Assembly: GCA_963765765.1 (NCBI GenBank)
Contig: CAVXYC010000007.1
Span: 32,001 to 96,000, forward strand
Source: an uncultured Chloroflexia bacterium
GTDB lineage: Bacteria; Chloroflexota; UBA6077; JACCZL01
Length of the DNA: 64,000 nucleotides
Direction of reading: 5' to 3'
Part shown: positions 19,723-30,735 of the stretch, in pieces
Numbering within the stretch: position 1 is the stretch's first letter
Layout: the number at the start of each line of letters is the position of its first letter
Notes under the pieces: generated by a model
What the model saw: only the letters and a program-made list of their open reading frames with translations
Told to the model about the DNA's origin: nothing
Database searches by the model: none
Translations under genes and position numbers: made by a program

Positions 19723-19835
19723 GATGCGGGTTGACGCCTGCAATCTGAATCAAGGAAGGCGAGAGAGAACCGGTTATCACTGCGGTCCCCATACATGGCG
19801 CTTCCTCTATAGTCATTGAGCATTTCTCTCTCAAC

Positions 19836-21686
19836 ATGGTCTCAGGAGCCGCGGAGCTAACTCAATTCAGATCTCGTAAAAGGCCGGATTTCACCGGATT
19901 TCGACGCTGGCCGCTCGCATATGCATTAGCCGCGTCAGTGGGAGCCTATCTCGCCTCCGCCGGCAATACATTCAGGCTAAACGGAATTGCAGCCTGGCTC
20001 GTAGCCATCAGCTGCTGGATCTATGCCTGGTGGCCTCGCGATCAGCAGTTGATCCAGCGTGGGGAAACCATCGCGAGCGGCCCGCGAAAATCGGTGCTCA
20101 TTCCACTTGCCGCCATCGTGCTCGTCGGCATCTTCGTTCGGTACTACCGGCTGGCGGAAACGCCCTATGAGCCTACCAGCGACCATGCCGAAAAGCTCCT
20201 CGATGTTCAGGACATCCTTGATGGGCAACGGCCGATCTTCTTCATTCGAAACACCGGTCGTGAGCCTGCGCAGTTCTATGTAATCGCGGGGATGGTTCGT
20301 TTTCTGGGCCTACCGCCGAACTTCGACACGATGAAGCTCGGCACGGCGGCCATCGATGTGCTCACCATTCCGGCCATCTATTTACTTGTCGCTGAGCTTG
20401 GTGGCCGAGGCGCCGGGCTCGCGGCCGCCCTGGCGTACAGCATCTCTGCCTGGCCCGTGGGCATCGCCCGCGCCGGATTGCGCTTTCCGTACGCACCCCT
20501 CCCCACGGCACTAGCGCTGTGGCTGCTGTTTCGATACCTCCGCCGTGGCGATCGGCGCGACGCCCTGCTCCTCGGTCTCACGCTAGGCGTTGGCCTTTAT
20601 GGGTACAGCCCATTTCGGGTGGTGCCGCCGCTATTGCCGTTAGCGTTTGGGGTGGCCTGGCTCCGCGACCCGACCTGGCGAGCGCGAGGATTGCAGCTTC
20701 TCTATGACGGACTGTTAATTGTCCTGACTGCTGTGGTGGTGTTCATCCCACTGGGGCGATACATGCTGGAGCAGCCGAATAACTTCTGGTATCGCGCGGC
20801 AAGTCGCGCGGTCGGAGATCAAGGCCTGGCGCCATCCGCAACAGACGTGATTTTCGATGGCCTTCGGGTCTTTTTGATAAACAATTGGAACGCGGCGCTG
20901 GCCTTCAACATTCGAGGCGATTCCACCTACGTGAATGCCGAGCGGTGGGCGCCGTTTCTGGACACGATCACGGGAGTGCTGTTCCTGATAGGCGCCGGGT
21001 TAGCCATCCGGGCAATAGTGGTTCACCACGATTGGCGCTGGTTGATTGTTCTCCTTTCGTTTCCGGTGCTCTTTCTCTCGTCCACACTGGCCCTCAGTTT
21101 CCCGATTGAGAATCCCAGCGTCAATCGAGCGGGGCCAGTGCTGCCTGTGACGTTCGCTCTCGTAGGCCTCGCCGTTGCCAGCGTCGCGCAGTGGGCATTC
21201 CGTCAGCGCGGGCTGAGTACACGCATCGTCGCTGCCGTGCTGCTCGTCGCTGGATTCGCGGTGGGGGCAGCCGAAAATTACGAGCGTTACTTTGTACGGT
21301 TTGACGCACAGTACAGGGACTTCGTGCTCGATGCCACAGAAGTAGCCCGAGCGGTGAAGGCCGAGATGGGCGATGATCTTCCACTGGATAGAGTCTACGT
21401 GGTGACCTGGCCGTACTGGTTTGACACGCGACTCATGGGGATCTCGCTTGGTGATATCCGCTGGGCTGCCAGGCACTCGATTGCATCAGCTCGCGAATTG
21501 CCAGGCTCGAGCCGCGGCGACATCATCGTGGTGCTCAATCACGAAGATCAGCGTGACTTGCAGGAGATCGCCGAGCGTTGGCCAAGCTCAACAGCCAAGC
21601 TCATTCCATCCGCCCACAAGGGTCGGGACTTTTTCGTGGTACGCATATCGGAACCGGAGTTGCGCTCAGCTCAATCCGGACCCTAA
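19836..21686 (+). CDS. GT-C membrane glycosyltransferase (GT39/PMT_2, ArnT-like)
   Basis: Polytopic; R.Y.L...P....DHAE, GREP, GLYGYSPFR. Confidence 0.75.
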   Translation: MVSGAAELTQFRSRKRPDFTGFRRWPLAYALAASVGAYLASAGNTFRLNGIAAWLVAISCWIYAWWPRDQQLIQRGETIASGPRKSVLIPLAAIVLVGIFVRYYRLAETPYEPTSDHAEKLLDVQDILDGQRPIFFIRNTGREPAQFYVIAGMVRFLGLPPNFDTMKLGTAAIDVLTIPAIYLLVAELGGRGAGLAAALAYSISAWPVGIARAGLRFPYAPLPTALALWLLFRYLRRGDRRDALLLGLTLGVGLYGYSPFRVVPPLLPLAFGVAWLRDPTWRARGLQLLYDGLLIVLTAVVVFIPLGRYMLEQPNNFWYRAASRAVGDQGLAPSATDVIFDGLRVFLINNWNAALAFNIRGDSTYVNAERWAPFLDTITGVLFLIGAGLAIRAIVVHHDWRWLIVLLSFPVLFLSSTLALSFPIENPSVNRAGPVLPVTFALVGLAVASVAQWAFRQRGLSTRIVAAVLLVAGFAVGAAENYERYFVRFDAQYRDFVLDATEVARAVKAEMGDDLPLDRVYVVTWPYWFDTRLMGISLGDIRWAARHSIASARELPGSSRGDIIVVLNHEDQRDLQEIAERWPSSTAKLIPSAHKGRDFFVVRISEPELRSAQSGP

Positions 21687-21761
21687 GCTGGCTCATCGTC
21701 CAGGGCATCGATCGCTGACTACACGTCAGCATGCCAGGCCGGGTGAAAGGCTGCACAGCCG

Positions 21762-23763
21762 ATGACCGCATCGCCGTTCCGCGTCACACGCCGTCAATTC
21801 GTCGCAGGGATTGGCGCTGCATCGCTCGGCCTGATCGCTGCTCCAAGGCTTCCCGCCGCAGCCGCCATTACGGATGAGGCGCAGGCGCCCATCAAGGTGC
21901 GAGTTGGACGACTGGTTCATTCCGGCCTTGCCTTTCGCGAGGGTACCTCTTTAGGGATGGCGATCCCTGCGCAGGGCGGCGGGAGCGCGACGCTGACCAA
22001 TACCGAGCGCGGTGGCCAATTTGTCTCGCAGCCACTAAAGCTCGAGTTTCCGGCCTCGCACGCCGGCGTCTACTGGGCGAGTGAGGGAGAGCTTCGCCAG
22101 CTCAACGTCGCTCTACGGTCGAGCCGCAATGGGACCGCTTGGTCAGCCTGGCAAGCGGCACCGGTGGACCACCACGGCCGTGAGGTCGCGGGTCGAGAGA
22201 CTTTTTCAGCGTTGCTTGGACTACGGAGCGCAGAGTGGGTGCAGTATCGACTTACTTTCGAGGACACCCCGGCGGCCGGCAGCATCTCGAGCGTTTCGAT
22301 TGCGTACCTCGACGCCGGCGTCACTCGCTCGTCGAGTGCGGACCTTCGCGCCTTCAATGCTAATCGGGGACCTTCCTCGCTGCTGGATCGAGTGATCACG
22401 CGCGAGCAATGGGGCGCCGACGAGTCCATTCGGTTCAGCGACGGCCAAGATCTCTGGCCGCAAGCGTACGTGACACCCAAGCTTCTGGTGGTCCACCACA
22501 CGGCCACGGACAACGAATACGCTGACCCGGCGGCGGAAGTGCGCGCGATCTATACCTATCACACGGTGGTGCAGGGATTTGGCGACATCGGCTACCACCT
22601 ATTGATCGACAATCGCGGGCAGGTTTACGAGGGCCGACGTGGCCGTGAGGTTGACCCGCTTCAGCCGAGCATGCGCGAGATCGTCAGCGCGAACGTCGTG
22701 GCCGGGCACACGCTCGGCTTCAACTACGGGTCTGCCGGAATTGCTCTGCTCGGAAACTTCGTGGATACCGAGCCCAGTGATGCGGCGATCAGCACGTTGA
22801 GCGAGGCACTGGCATTCGAGGCGCAACGCGCTGGCCTGGATCCCCTGGCACGCACCGACATGCAGCGCATGCGAGGCACCGACGGATCAAACGTATTCTG
22901 GCGTGACGATCTCGGCGTTGTCTCCGGACATAGAGACTGCATTGAAACTGAGTGCCCGGGAGACCACCTTTACGGCCAATTGCCCGAGCTACGCCAGGCA
23001 ACGGTGAACCGGCTGGGCGCGGCCGGTCCTTCGGCTCGACTCACTCGGGCCCCGGCTCTTCGCAATCTCTGGCCTGAAGATTTGGTATTCACGTGGGAAG
23101 CTCTCGACGGGGCCGCTGAGTTCAGCACACGTCTGGAAGGATTCAGGCTTTCGACTACTCCGGACTTGATTGTCCCACTCAGTGGCTACACGGAAGACGA
23201 GCGTGAGCTCTGGAGCGAATGGTCCACGTCGCGATCGCTCAGTGTACCGCTTCATCCGGACGCGGGCGGGGTCTATACGATGTTGATCCGCGCTCGGGAT
23301 GCGCGCGGGCGAGAAGGTCGTCTTTACACGCGCCGCGCCTATATCGTTGGACCTCACGTGTGGGCCGATAATGAAGATCAAGAGGCTACGCGTCGCGTTG
23401 GATCCTGGCAACGCGTGGCTCAGCCAATGCATTTCAACGGCCGCGGGTATGAGCAGGCGGACCTATCCCACGGGCCAGCGTGAATTCACCTGGATACTCC
23501 GCGCACCATTGACGGGCACCTACCGCGTGCAGGCTTGCTGGACCAGCGACGATTCCAGGGCTAGCAACGCTGAGTATCGAGCGAGCGTGAATGGGGTCGA
23601 GCAGCTTCGCGTCGCCGTGGACCAGAGCGAGCGCGGCGGAAACTGGGTGGATCTCGGCCAAATTTCGCTGGGTGAAGGTAACGTCTGCGAGGTAAGCCTA
23701 AACGGCGAGGCGGACGGTACGGTGTCGGCCGACGCAGTGCGTCTGAGCATGGTGAGCTCGTGA
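21762..23763 (+). CDS. Tat-exported N-acetylmuramoyl-L-alanine amidase (PGRP/amidase_2) with C-terminal carbohydrate-binding-like domain; frameshift near 23480
   Basis: TRRQF signal, TREQWGADE, VVHHTA, DIGYHLLID, GHRD..TECPG; C-terminal VDQSERGGNWVDLG..ADAVRL. Confidence 0.85.
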
Positions 23764-23789
23764 TTGGTACGCGTTGCCAGCACTAGAGC

Positions 23790-23832
23790 CAATGCTCCGC
23801 CGGACCAAGTGGCCGGGGTCAGCGGAGCATTG
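23790..23832 (+). terminator. Hairpin after amidase gene
   Basis: CAATGCTCCGC...GCGGAGCATTG. Confidence 0.5.
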
Positions 23833-23946
23833 CGGGTTATGGACAGTGACTCTGCCCTCACGCTTACTGACATGAGCTACCGGATCAACGTGTAGCCGTC
23901 CTCCCGCGCCTCATCCACTGATCAGGGACTTGGGCACACAGTTTGC

Positions 23947-24229
23947 CCCGGGGCATTGGCCGACATTTGTAAATACCGTATAAAGACGGCGGTAAAAGGA
24001 GCATCGATGGATACGGGAACAACAACGAAACGATGGACCGCTGGTGTATGCCAGCGCGTCGCGGCCCTCTCTACGACCGCGGCACTAAGCCTCATCATTG
24101 CCGCGTGCCAGCCCGGCCGCCCCGCCATCTCCCACCGCCCCGCCTGCCAAGCCCGCGGCCAGCCCCGCAGCGAGTCCCGCGGCCAGTCCCGCAGCGAGTC
24201 CGGTTGCACCGGCTGCGAGCCCCGCGGCA
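23947..24229 (+). repeat. Copy A of a ~260-280-bp inverted duplication (upstream region, RBS, signal peptide, linker)
   Basis: 141 bp (23973-24113) identical to the reverse complement of part of 27876-28132. Confidence 0.95.
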
Positions 24230-25039
24230 CCCGCGGCCTCTCCCGCCGCTTCACCGGCAGCTTCTCCGGCGGCCGGAGGTGCAGCGCCCCCTGTCGTTCA
24301 AATCGTCGCACGTGATTTCGCATTTGATGCTCCCGACACCATCGCTGCTGGTCTTACGACTATTGAGCTCAGAAACACTGGCAATGAGTCGCATCACGTA
24401 CAGATGCTGCGACTCAACGACACCGTGACGATCGAGCAATTCACAGCGGCGTTAGCTCAGGGCGAGGGGCCGGCCCTGGCTCTCGTGAGCCTTGACGGCG
24501 GAGTCGGGGCGTTAGGGAACGGCGGCTCCGGTGAGGTGATAGTAGATCTACGCCCAGGCACGTTTATGCTCGTTTGTTTCATCCCCAGCCCCGACGGAAT
24601 ACCGCACCTGGCAAAGGGCATGGTGAAACCAGTTCGCGTGGCGGCCGCGCCAGCGGTGGCAGTACCCGTGGCGGCACCCGCGGTTGCTGGCATCGTGACA
24701 ATGAAGGACTTTTCTTTCGACCTCCCTGCGAGGTTAGGCACAGGGCGGCAAACGTACCGTGTCGTGAACGAAGGCCCACAGCAGCCTCACGAAGCCAATA
24801 TCGTACGTCTGAGCGCCGGCAAAGTAGCCGCTGATGTCTCCAGTTTCTTCCAAGCACCCGCGGGACCACCGCCATTTACTCCTGAAGGTGGCATGCAAGG
24901 GCTCAGCGTGAATTCATCCGGCTTCATGGTGACGCAGTTCACGCCCGGCAACTACGCCGCGATCTGCCTCATTCCCGATCCGGCCAGCGGCAGGTCACAC
25001 TTGGAGCTTGGCATGATCAAGGAATTCACGGTTCAGTAA
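24007..25039 (+). CDS. Lipoprotein with PAAS linker and two cupredoxin-like domains; frameshift near 24113
   Basis: IIAAC lipobox; ESHH..CFIPSPDGIPHLAKGM and QPHE..CLIPDPASGRSHLELGM (H/C/H/M pattern). Confidence 0.75.
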
Positions 25040-25057
25040 CTCCCAAGACGGGAGAAC

Positions 25058-25156
25058 GCAGTGCCGATTCCCGTAGGGGTGCGGCTCTCCTAGAACACTT
25101 CGCGCTCAAGGAGTAAGGTCATCTAGGGCAACCGCACCCTCTGGGTATCTGCTCTG
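25058..25156. repeat. Degenerate REP-like inverted pair
   Basis: CCCGTAGGGGTGCGGCTCTCCTAGA / TCTAGGGCAACCGCACCCTCTGGG. Confidence 0.55.
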
Positions 25157-25224
25157 TGCTCTACCGCAACCCGAGGTAGAGTGCTCGCGTACCATAAATG
25201 CGAGACTCTTCTGAGGAGACGCTA

Positions 25225-25419
25225 GTGGCAATCAACCGAGGACTCTACCGTTCGCGTAGCAATCGCGTCATAGCAGGCGTTGCAGGTGCGTTGGCCGAGC
25301 GTTTCGGCTGGCCTGTCTGGATCGTGCGGCTCGTGTGGCTTCTATTGCTCCTGCCAGGCGGATTTCCGGGGCTGATCTCCTACTTGTTTTTCTGGATCGT
25401 CATACCGTCCGAATCGTAA
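25225..25419 (+). CDS. pspC: PspC-domain protein
   Basis: LYRSRSNRVIAGVAGALAERFG..VRL..Y...WIVIP. Confidence 0.85.
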   Translation: MAINRGLYRSRSNRVIAGVAGALAERFGWPVWIVRLVWLLLLLPGGFPGLISYLFFWIVIPSES

Positions 25420-26264
25420 GAACTCCGGCTTGCGTCCCGTTGGCTTGCTTGCGGAGTCTGCGCTCCCGTGCGATCGTGGGGCGGGACGTCCGCGCTTGCA
25501 GCAAGTCCATGACGGGCGCTTGCAACGGTGCCTGCCTCGGCCGCGATGCGGGTTCGCACGGAATCTTCCGTGCTCTGGAGCTCGATGCGTCGACTCAAGA
25601 GCGATAGCGAGAAATTGACGACGAAATACATGGATGTCGCGACGAATAGCGCCTGGATGGGTCCAGTCTCGAAACCACTGTAGAGAATCTTCGCCTTTTG
25701 TAAGAGCTCCGTCGTTCCGATTACGTACGTCAGCGACGTGTCCTTGATGAGCGTAATGAGCTGACTCACCTGGGGTGGCACCATGCGGCGCAGCGCTTGC
25801 GGCAAGACTACGAGCTGCATCATCTGGACGTAGCCGAGGCCGAGCGCGCGCGACGCTTCAAACTGCCCCTTGTCAATGGATACGATTCCGGCGCGAACGA
25901 TCTCTGCATTGATGGCGCTGGTGTAAATCGTGAGCGCAAGAATCGCTGCCACAATGGGGTCTTCCCAGCTCAGTCGCACACCGAGAATGGTGAAGCCTTT
26001 GGCTCCGCCAAAAAACATGAAGAAAATGATGAGGAGGACGGGCAAGGCGCGAATCGTCTCGATATAGAGCGACGCGGGCAGCCGAATTACGCGGAATCGA
26101 CTGAGACGCGCCATGGCCAGGAGCGTTCCAAAAATTAGACTGAGGATGATGGCGAAGAACGCGATGATCAGCGTCGTCTGAAATCCCGTCAGCAGGAAGA
26201 CCCATATCTCCCACTCCAGGAACGCCTTCCAGTAACGGTATTCGAAGAGTTTGGCGATATCCAC
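25380..26264 (-). CDS. Polar amino-acid ABC permease (GluD-like)
   Basis: YIETIRALP, AEIVRAGI.SIDKGQFEA..LG, LIKDTSL; C-terminal end uncertain. Confidence 0.9.
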   Translation of the reverse strand: MDIAKLFEYRYWKAFLEWEIWVFLLTGFQTTLIIAFFAIILSLIFGTLLAMARLSRFRVIRLPASLYIETIRALPVLLIIFFMFFGGAKGFTILGVRLSWEDPIVAAILALTIYTSAINAEIVRAGIVSIDKGQFEASRALGLGYVQMMQLVVLPQALRRMVPPQVSQLITLIKDTSLTYVIGTTELLQKAKILYSGFETGPIQALFVATSMYFVVNFSLSLLSRRIELQSTEDSVRTRIAAEAGTVASARHGLAASADVPPHDRTGAQTPQASQRDASRSSYDSDGMTIQKNK

Positions 26265-26265
26265 G

Positions 26266-26916
26266 TCAGGCGCCCCTGAAGCGGTTGAGTCGCGCTTCAA
26301 GCACGTTCACGCCGTGTGCTAATGGCACTGTGAGAACCAGATACAGGAGTGCAACAAGCGCGAACGTCTCAAATGTAGCGAAGGTCCGAGCGTTCACCAC
26401 CTGCCCCTGATACATCAGCTCCATGACGAGCACAGACGAAGCCACGCTCGTATTCTTGGTAGCCGCGATGGTCAAGTTGCCTATTGGCGGGACGGTGATG
26501 GCCAGCGCCTGTGGCAAGACGACGCGCTGCATCGTCTGCAAATATGAGAGTCCGAGCGAGCGAGCTGCCTCTATCTGCCCGCGGTTGATGGAGAGAATTC
26601 CCGCGCGAACGGCCTCAGCTACGAACGCCGATGTGTAAAAACCTAGTGCGAGAAGCGCGCCTGTGAACTCGGGGAGTCGGATGCCAAGAAATGGCAGTCC
26701 AAACACCCAGAAGAACATGTGCGCCAGAAGCGGTGTATTCCGTAGGAATTCGACATACGCCGCGCCAATGAAACGGATGGGCGGAGGACCACCGACCCGC
26801 AGCACCGCCACGAGCACACCGAGAACCAGCGCCAGTGCCACGCTCCCCACGGCGAGCTGCAGCGTAACTCGCAACCCATCCAGTAACAGCGGGAGACTAG
26901 CGAGAACTGGGCTCAA
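26266..26916 (-). CDS. Polar amino-acid ABC permease (GluC-like)
   Basis: YVEFLRNTPLL, AEAVRAGI..GQIEAARSLG, KNTS. Confidence 0.92.
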   Translation of the reverse strand: MSPVLASLPLLLDGLRVTLQLAVGSVALALVLGVLVAVLRVGGPPPIRFIGAAYVEFLRNTPLLAHMFFWVFGLPFLGIRLPEFTGALLALGFYTSAFVAEAVRAGILSINRGQIEAARSLGLSYLQTMQRVVLPQALAITVPPIGNLTIAATKNTSVASSVLVMELMYQGQVVNARTFATFETFALVALLYLVLTVPLAHGVNVLEARLNRFRGA

Positions 26917-26936
26917 TCAAGTGAACAATGGTTAGG

Positions 26937-27018
26937 GAGCAGTGGACAGCAGCGGGCGGTGCAACCTGGAACAGGAGCTCCGCCCCAGCTGCAGCCTACT
27001 ATTCACTGTCCACTGCTC
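26937..27018. repeat. Intergenic stem-loop between binding-protein and permease genes
   Basis: Perfect 13-bp IR GAGCAGTGGACAG / CTGTCCACTGCTC. Confidence 0.6.
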
Positions 27019-27027
27019 ACTTCGAAG

Positions 27028-28073
27028 CTAAATTGCCGCGTCCGCCGCGGTGCGACTGGGTGGGGCTGGCGTTTGGATGTATTTGCCAAGCCACTGTTTG
27101 TGGATCTCCGCCCAACGACCACTGTTCTTGAGCTGTGTCAGCGTCGCATTGATGAGGTCCACGAATTCAGGGTGGCCCTTGGCAATGCCAATCCCGTACG
27201 GCTCCTGGGTGAACGGCGGCGAAAGAAGCTTGGTGGACGGATCCTGCTCCGCGAGACCCAGAAGGATTACGTCGTCCGTGCTGATCGCGTCGGTGCGGCC
27301 CTGCTGCATGGCCAGGAGGCACTCACTGTAGACGTCGGCCTGTACGACAATCGCTTCGGGCGAGAATTTGGTGATGTTCGTCTCGCTTGTGGAGCCTTTG
27401 GCGGCACAAACGCGCTTGCCCGCGGTGTCCTGAATCCCGGTGATCTCGCTATTGCCCGGTACCAGAATCATCTGACCCGATTCGTAGTAGACGTCGGCGA
27501 AGTCGATTTGCGCCATTCGCTCTTTTGTGATGGTCATGGTGGAGACGACGATGTCGACCGTGCCCTCGGTGAGTGACGGAATACGAGCGGCGGAAGCCAT
27601 GCCGCGGAGATCGACCTTCTCAGGGTCACCGAGAACAACGCGGGCGATCTCCTTGGCGATGTCCACGTCGAAGCCCTCGATCTTGTTCGTCCGAGGGTTG
27701 AGGTATCCGAATAGCAGCACATCCTGCTTGACGCCAGCGCGCAGCACGCCGCGATCCTGGATCGCCCTCATAAAGCTGCCTGCCGGACTCGCAGCCGATG
27801 CAACCGGGCTTGCCGCGGGGCTCGCAGCCGATGCAACCGGGCTTGCCGCGGGGCTCGCGGCGGTGCAACCGGGCTTGCCGCGGGGCTCGCAGCCGGTGCA
27901 ACCGGACTCGCCGCGGGGCTGGCCGCGGGCTTGGTAGGCGGGGCGGTGGGAGATGGCGAGGCGGCCGGCTGGCACGCGGCAATGATGAGGCTTAGTGCCG
28001 CGGTCGTAGAGAGGGCCGCGACGCGCTGGCATACACCAGCGGTCCATCGTTTCGTTGTTGTTCCCGTATCCAT
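27028..28073 (-). CDS. Glutamate/polar amino-acid ABC substrate-binding lipoprotein (GluB-like); frameshift in PAAS linker
   Basis: GVKQD..FG, GFDVDIAK, TMTITKER, DAISTDD, EPYGIG. Confidence 0.9.
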
Positions 28074-28132
28074 CGATGCTCCTTTTACCGCCGTCTTTAT
28101 ACGGTATCTTCAAATGTCGGCCAATCCCCGGG
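27876..28132 (-). repeat. Copy B of the inverted duplication
   Basis: Reverse complement of 23947-24229; linker repeat number differs. Confidence 0.95.
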
Positions 28133-28358
28133 AAGTCCGACATCTGTGCCCGGACCGAAACGGTGAGGCCGCCCGACACGATCGGGGCGGACGAAGCCGC
28201 GAGCACGGGCTGCGCCACCAGCAGAACCTCCTCGATCGAACGATGTCCTAATGAGACAGCGTGCGCGGCATCACGTCGAATGAATAGCCGTGCAGATCGG
28301 TGGCGCGGTCTTAACACGGACCGAACCGTGCAAGCAATGGACCGGCCGACCGAGAGCA

Positions 28359-29123
28359 TCAGTGCCGCAGGATTTGCGAAAGAAACTGTCGGGTGCGCTC
28401 CTCGCGGGGATTGTTGAAGAACTCGGCGGTGCGGTTCTCCTCCACGACGGACCCTTCGGCCATGAAAACGACCCGGTCTGCGACCTCGCGGGCAAATCCC
28501 ATCTCATGCGTGACGATGAGCATCGTCATCCCCTGCGTGTGCGCCAGCTCGCGCATCACGTCCAGCACTTCTTTGATCATCTCGGGGTCCAACGCCGAGG
28601 TTGGCTCATCGAAGAGCATGATCTTGGGATTCATAGCCAGGCCTCGGGCAATGGCGACGCGCTGTTGCTGACCGCCTGAGAGCTGCGCCGGAAAGACATC
28701 CGCCTTTTCCGGGATGTCAACCCGCTCCAGGAGCTCGCGCCCCCGTTGGGCAGCCTTATCCTTGGGCATTTTCAATACATGGACGGGTGCCAGCGTCACA
28801 TTCTCCAGGACGGTGAGATGCGGGAAGAGATTGAATTGCTGGAAGACCATGCCGATTCGAGAGCGCAACGCGTTTACGTCGGCTTTTGGATCGCTAACTC
28901 GAATGCCGTCGACTGTAAGCTCTCCCTTATCGATCGGCTCGAGGCGATTGATGCAACGGATGAGCGTGCTTTTACCCGATCCGCTTGGCCCTGCAATCAC
29001 CACCTTCTCGCCCTCATCGATGCTCAGATTGATGTCCTGAAGCACGTGTAAGCGCCCAAACCACTTATTGACGTCCGCGAAGTCGATGATGCGCTTGGAG
29101 CCATCGGTCATCGGTGCACTCAT
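28359..29123 (-). CDS. Polar amino-acid ABC ATP-binding protein (GluA/GlnQ-like)
   Basis: [35 protein letters not shown]. Confidence 0.95.
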   Translation of the reverse strand: MSAPMTDGSKRIIDFADVNKWFGRLHVLQDINLSIDEGEKVVIAGPSGSGKSTLIRCINRLEPIDKGELTVDGIRVSDPKADVNALRSRIGMVFQQFNLFPHLTVLENVTLAPVHVLKMPKDKAAQRGRELLERVDIPEKADVFPAQLSGGQQQRVAIARGLAMNPKIMLFDEPTSALDPEMIKEVLDVMRELAHTQGMTMLIVTHEMGFAREVADRVVFMAEGSVVEENRTAEFFNNPREERTRQFLSQILRH

Positions 29124-29364
29124 GGCGCGATGATACTGGAAGAATCACACCGTAGTAACTCATAGGGAAATGTTCTGGAAGTCGATGCGTTGGCTCACGA
29201 GGCAACCTTCTGGAACTGCGCGCTCACAGAGAATGCACCCGTCAGCGCTCGATCGTGGCGGCACGTTGATACCGCGCTCGCACCGTCGCAAGCATAGTCA
29301 TTGCACGCCTGGGGCCGTCCCGTTGGAGAAGAATTGTTCCGATGCAACGATTCTCCATACGAGA

Positions 29365-29724
29365 AGATGCGATCACGTCGTGGCACATCACCAACGGGCA
29401 GGTGCGCGGAATTGACGTCACGGGCATGGCTTTTCTAGGCGTTGCCAAGATTCCCGGCAACGTGTTCGCTGGCAACTGGAAGCTCGTGGTCTACATGGAC
29501 GATTGGGCCACGCAGGAGCAGCGCGACGCACTGATATGGAGCCGTACCGCGGCCCGCATGGTGAGCCCACCCGTCTGGTCGACAGCGTCTTCTCCACGAT
29601 CCCCGGCTCCCCCGGGTACGTCTCCAAAGCTTCAGGCAGCCGCGTAAACCTACCGGAGTTCGGGATGAACTGGGAGTACAACGGCAAAAACGCTATCCAG
29701 GGCCATTTCGACCTACATCCCTAA
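29365..29724 (+). pseudogene. DUF1326-like remnant (5' part missing, internal deletion)
   Basis: WHITNGQVRGIDVTG..IPGN..GNW...D..AT.EQRDAL joined to MEPYRGP.GEPT.L.DSVFSTIPGSPGY; precedes a DUF2182 gene. Confidence 0.65.
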
Positions 29725-29803
29725 CTCAATCCACCGATGATCTCCGCAGCCGGTTGAGGGGGCAAAGCCGCCGCGAGCACGCCTGCTCTCCGACCCGCGG
29801 TGG

Positions 29804-30522
29804 ATGGTGTGGCTTGTGGCCGCGGTTGCCTGGCTCGTGGCGCTGGGGTTGACCATCGTCGGTCCAGGGCTGGGTGATCACCGTGTGCTTGACGCCACTG
29901 GTGGTTTGAGCACCAGCGGCGTACTCGGCTTCCTCACAGGCTGGCAGGTCATGATCGCCGCGACGATGCTGCCAACCACGATCCCCATGGTCCAGTACTT
30001 CGGTCGGGCAAGCCTAGATCAGCCCAACGGTCGTTCTGCGCTATTCGTATTCCTGCTGGCGTACGTGCTGCTCTGGACGGCGTTCGGAATCACCGCGCTC
30101 ATGCTGGATTCCGGTCTGCACTGGCTTGCCTGGCAAACCCCATGGCTCGCCGAGCGAGGCTGGATCCTCGCGGGTGCGACCCTGATGCTCGCGGGAGCGT
30201 TTCAGTTCAGCCCAATCAAAGGCCGCTGCCTCCGAGAGTGTCGCCATCCGATGAGCTTCATGCTGCACTACTACCGTCACGGCTACCGGCCGGCGTTCGA
30301 GATCGGCATTCGCCAGGGCCTTCACTGCCTGGGCTGCTGCTGGGCGCTGATGCTGGTGATGTTCGGCGTGGGTGTCGACAATCTCGCCTGGATGGCCGCC
30401 ATCGGCTGGGATCATGCTGCTGGAAGACATCACGGATGGGACGTCGTCTGGTGCCTTACGTGGGCGGAGCGCTGATCTGCTGCGGTTTGTTGGTGCTTGT
30501 ACGGGGAGCGGTGACAAACTGA
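29804..30522 (+). CDS. DUF2182-like metal-binding membrane protein; C-terminal frameshift
   Basis: WQVMIAATMLP, FQFSPIK.RCL.ECR.P, CLGCCWALM. Confidence 0.85.
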
Positions 30523-30588
30523 AAAGGGCACGTCCGGCGCAGTTGTACAATCGTGTCCAGGATGCGCACCGCCTATAGAGCCAGATCA

Positions 30589-30696
30589 CATCGACGTAGT
30601 GGCGTCCCCTCACGGGGGCCACCTGGACATCCGGGATACATTCGGCGATAAGGATATTCAGGTGGCGCCCGTAAAGGGGACGCCACTACGTCGATG
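30589..30696. repeat. GTAG-type REP inverted pair
   Basis: CATCGACGTAGTGGCGTCCCCT..GCCACCTG / CAGGTGGC..AGGGGACGCCACTACGTCGATG. Confidence 0.85.
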
Positions 30697-30735
30697 CCAA
30701 TTTAGACCAGTACAGCCGCACGATCTCTGATCTCA

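Noticed and set aside
27028-28359. 443-aa ORF as the true binding protein
   Set aside because: The N-terminal extension arises from a linker frameshift; the real start with RBS and lipobox is at 28073
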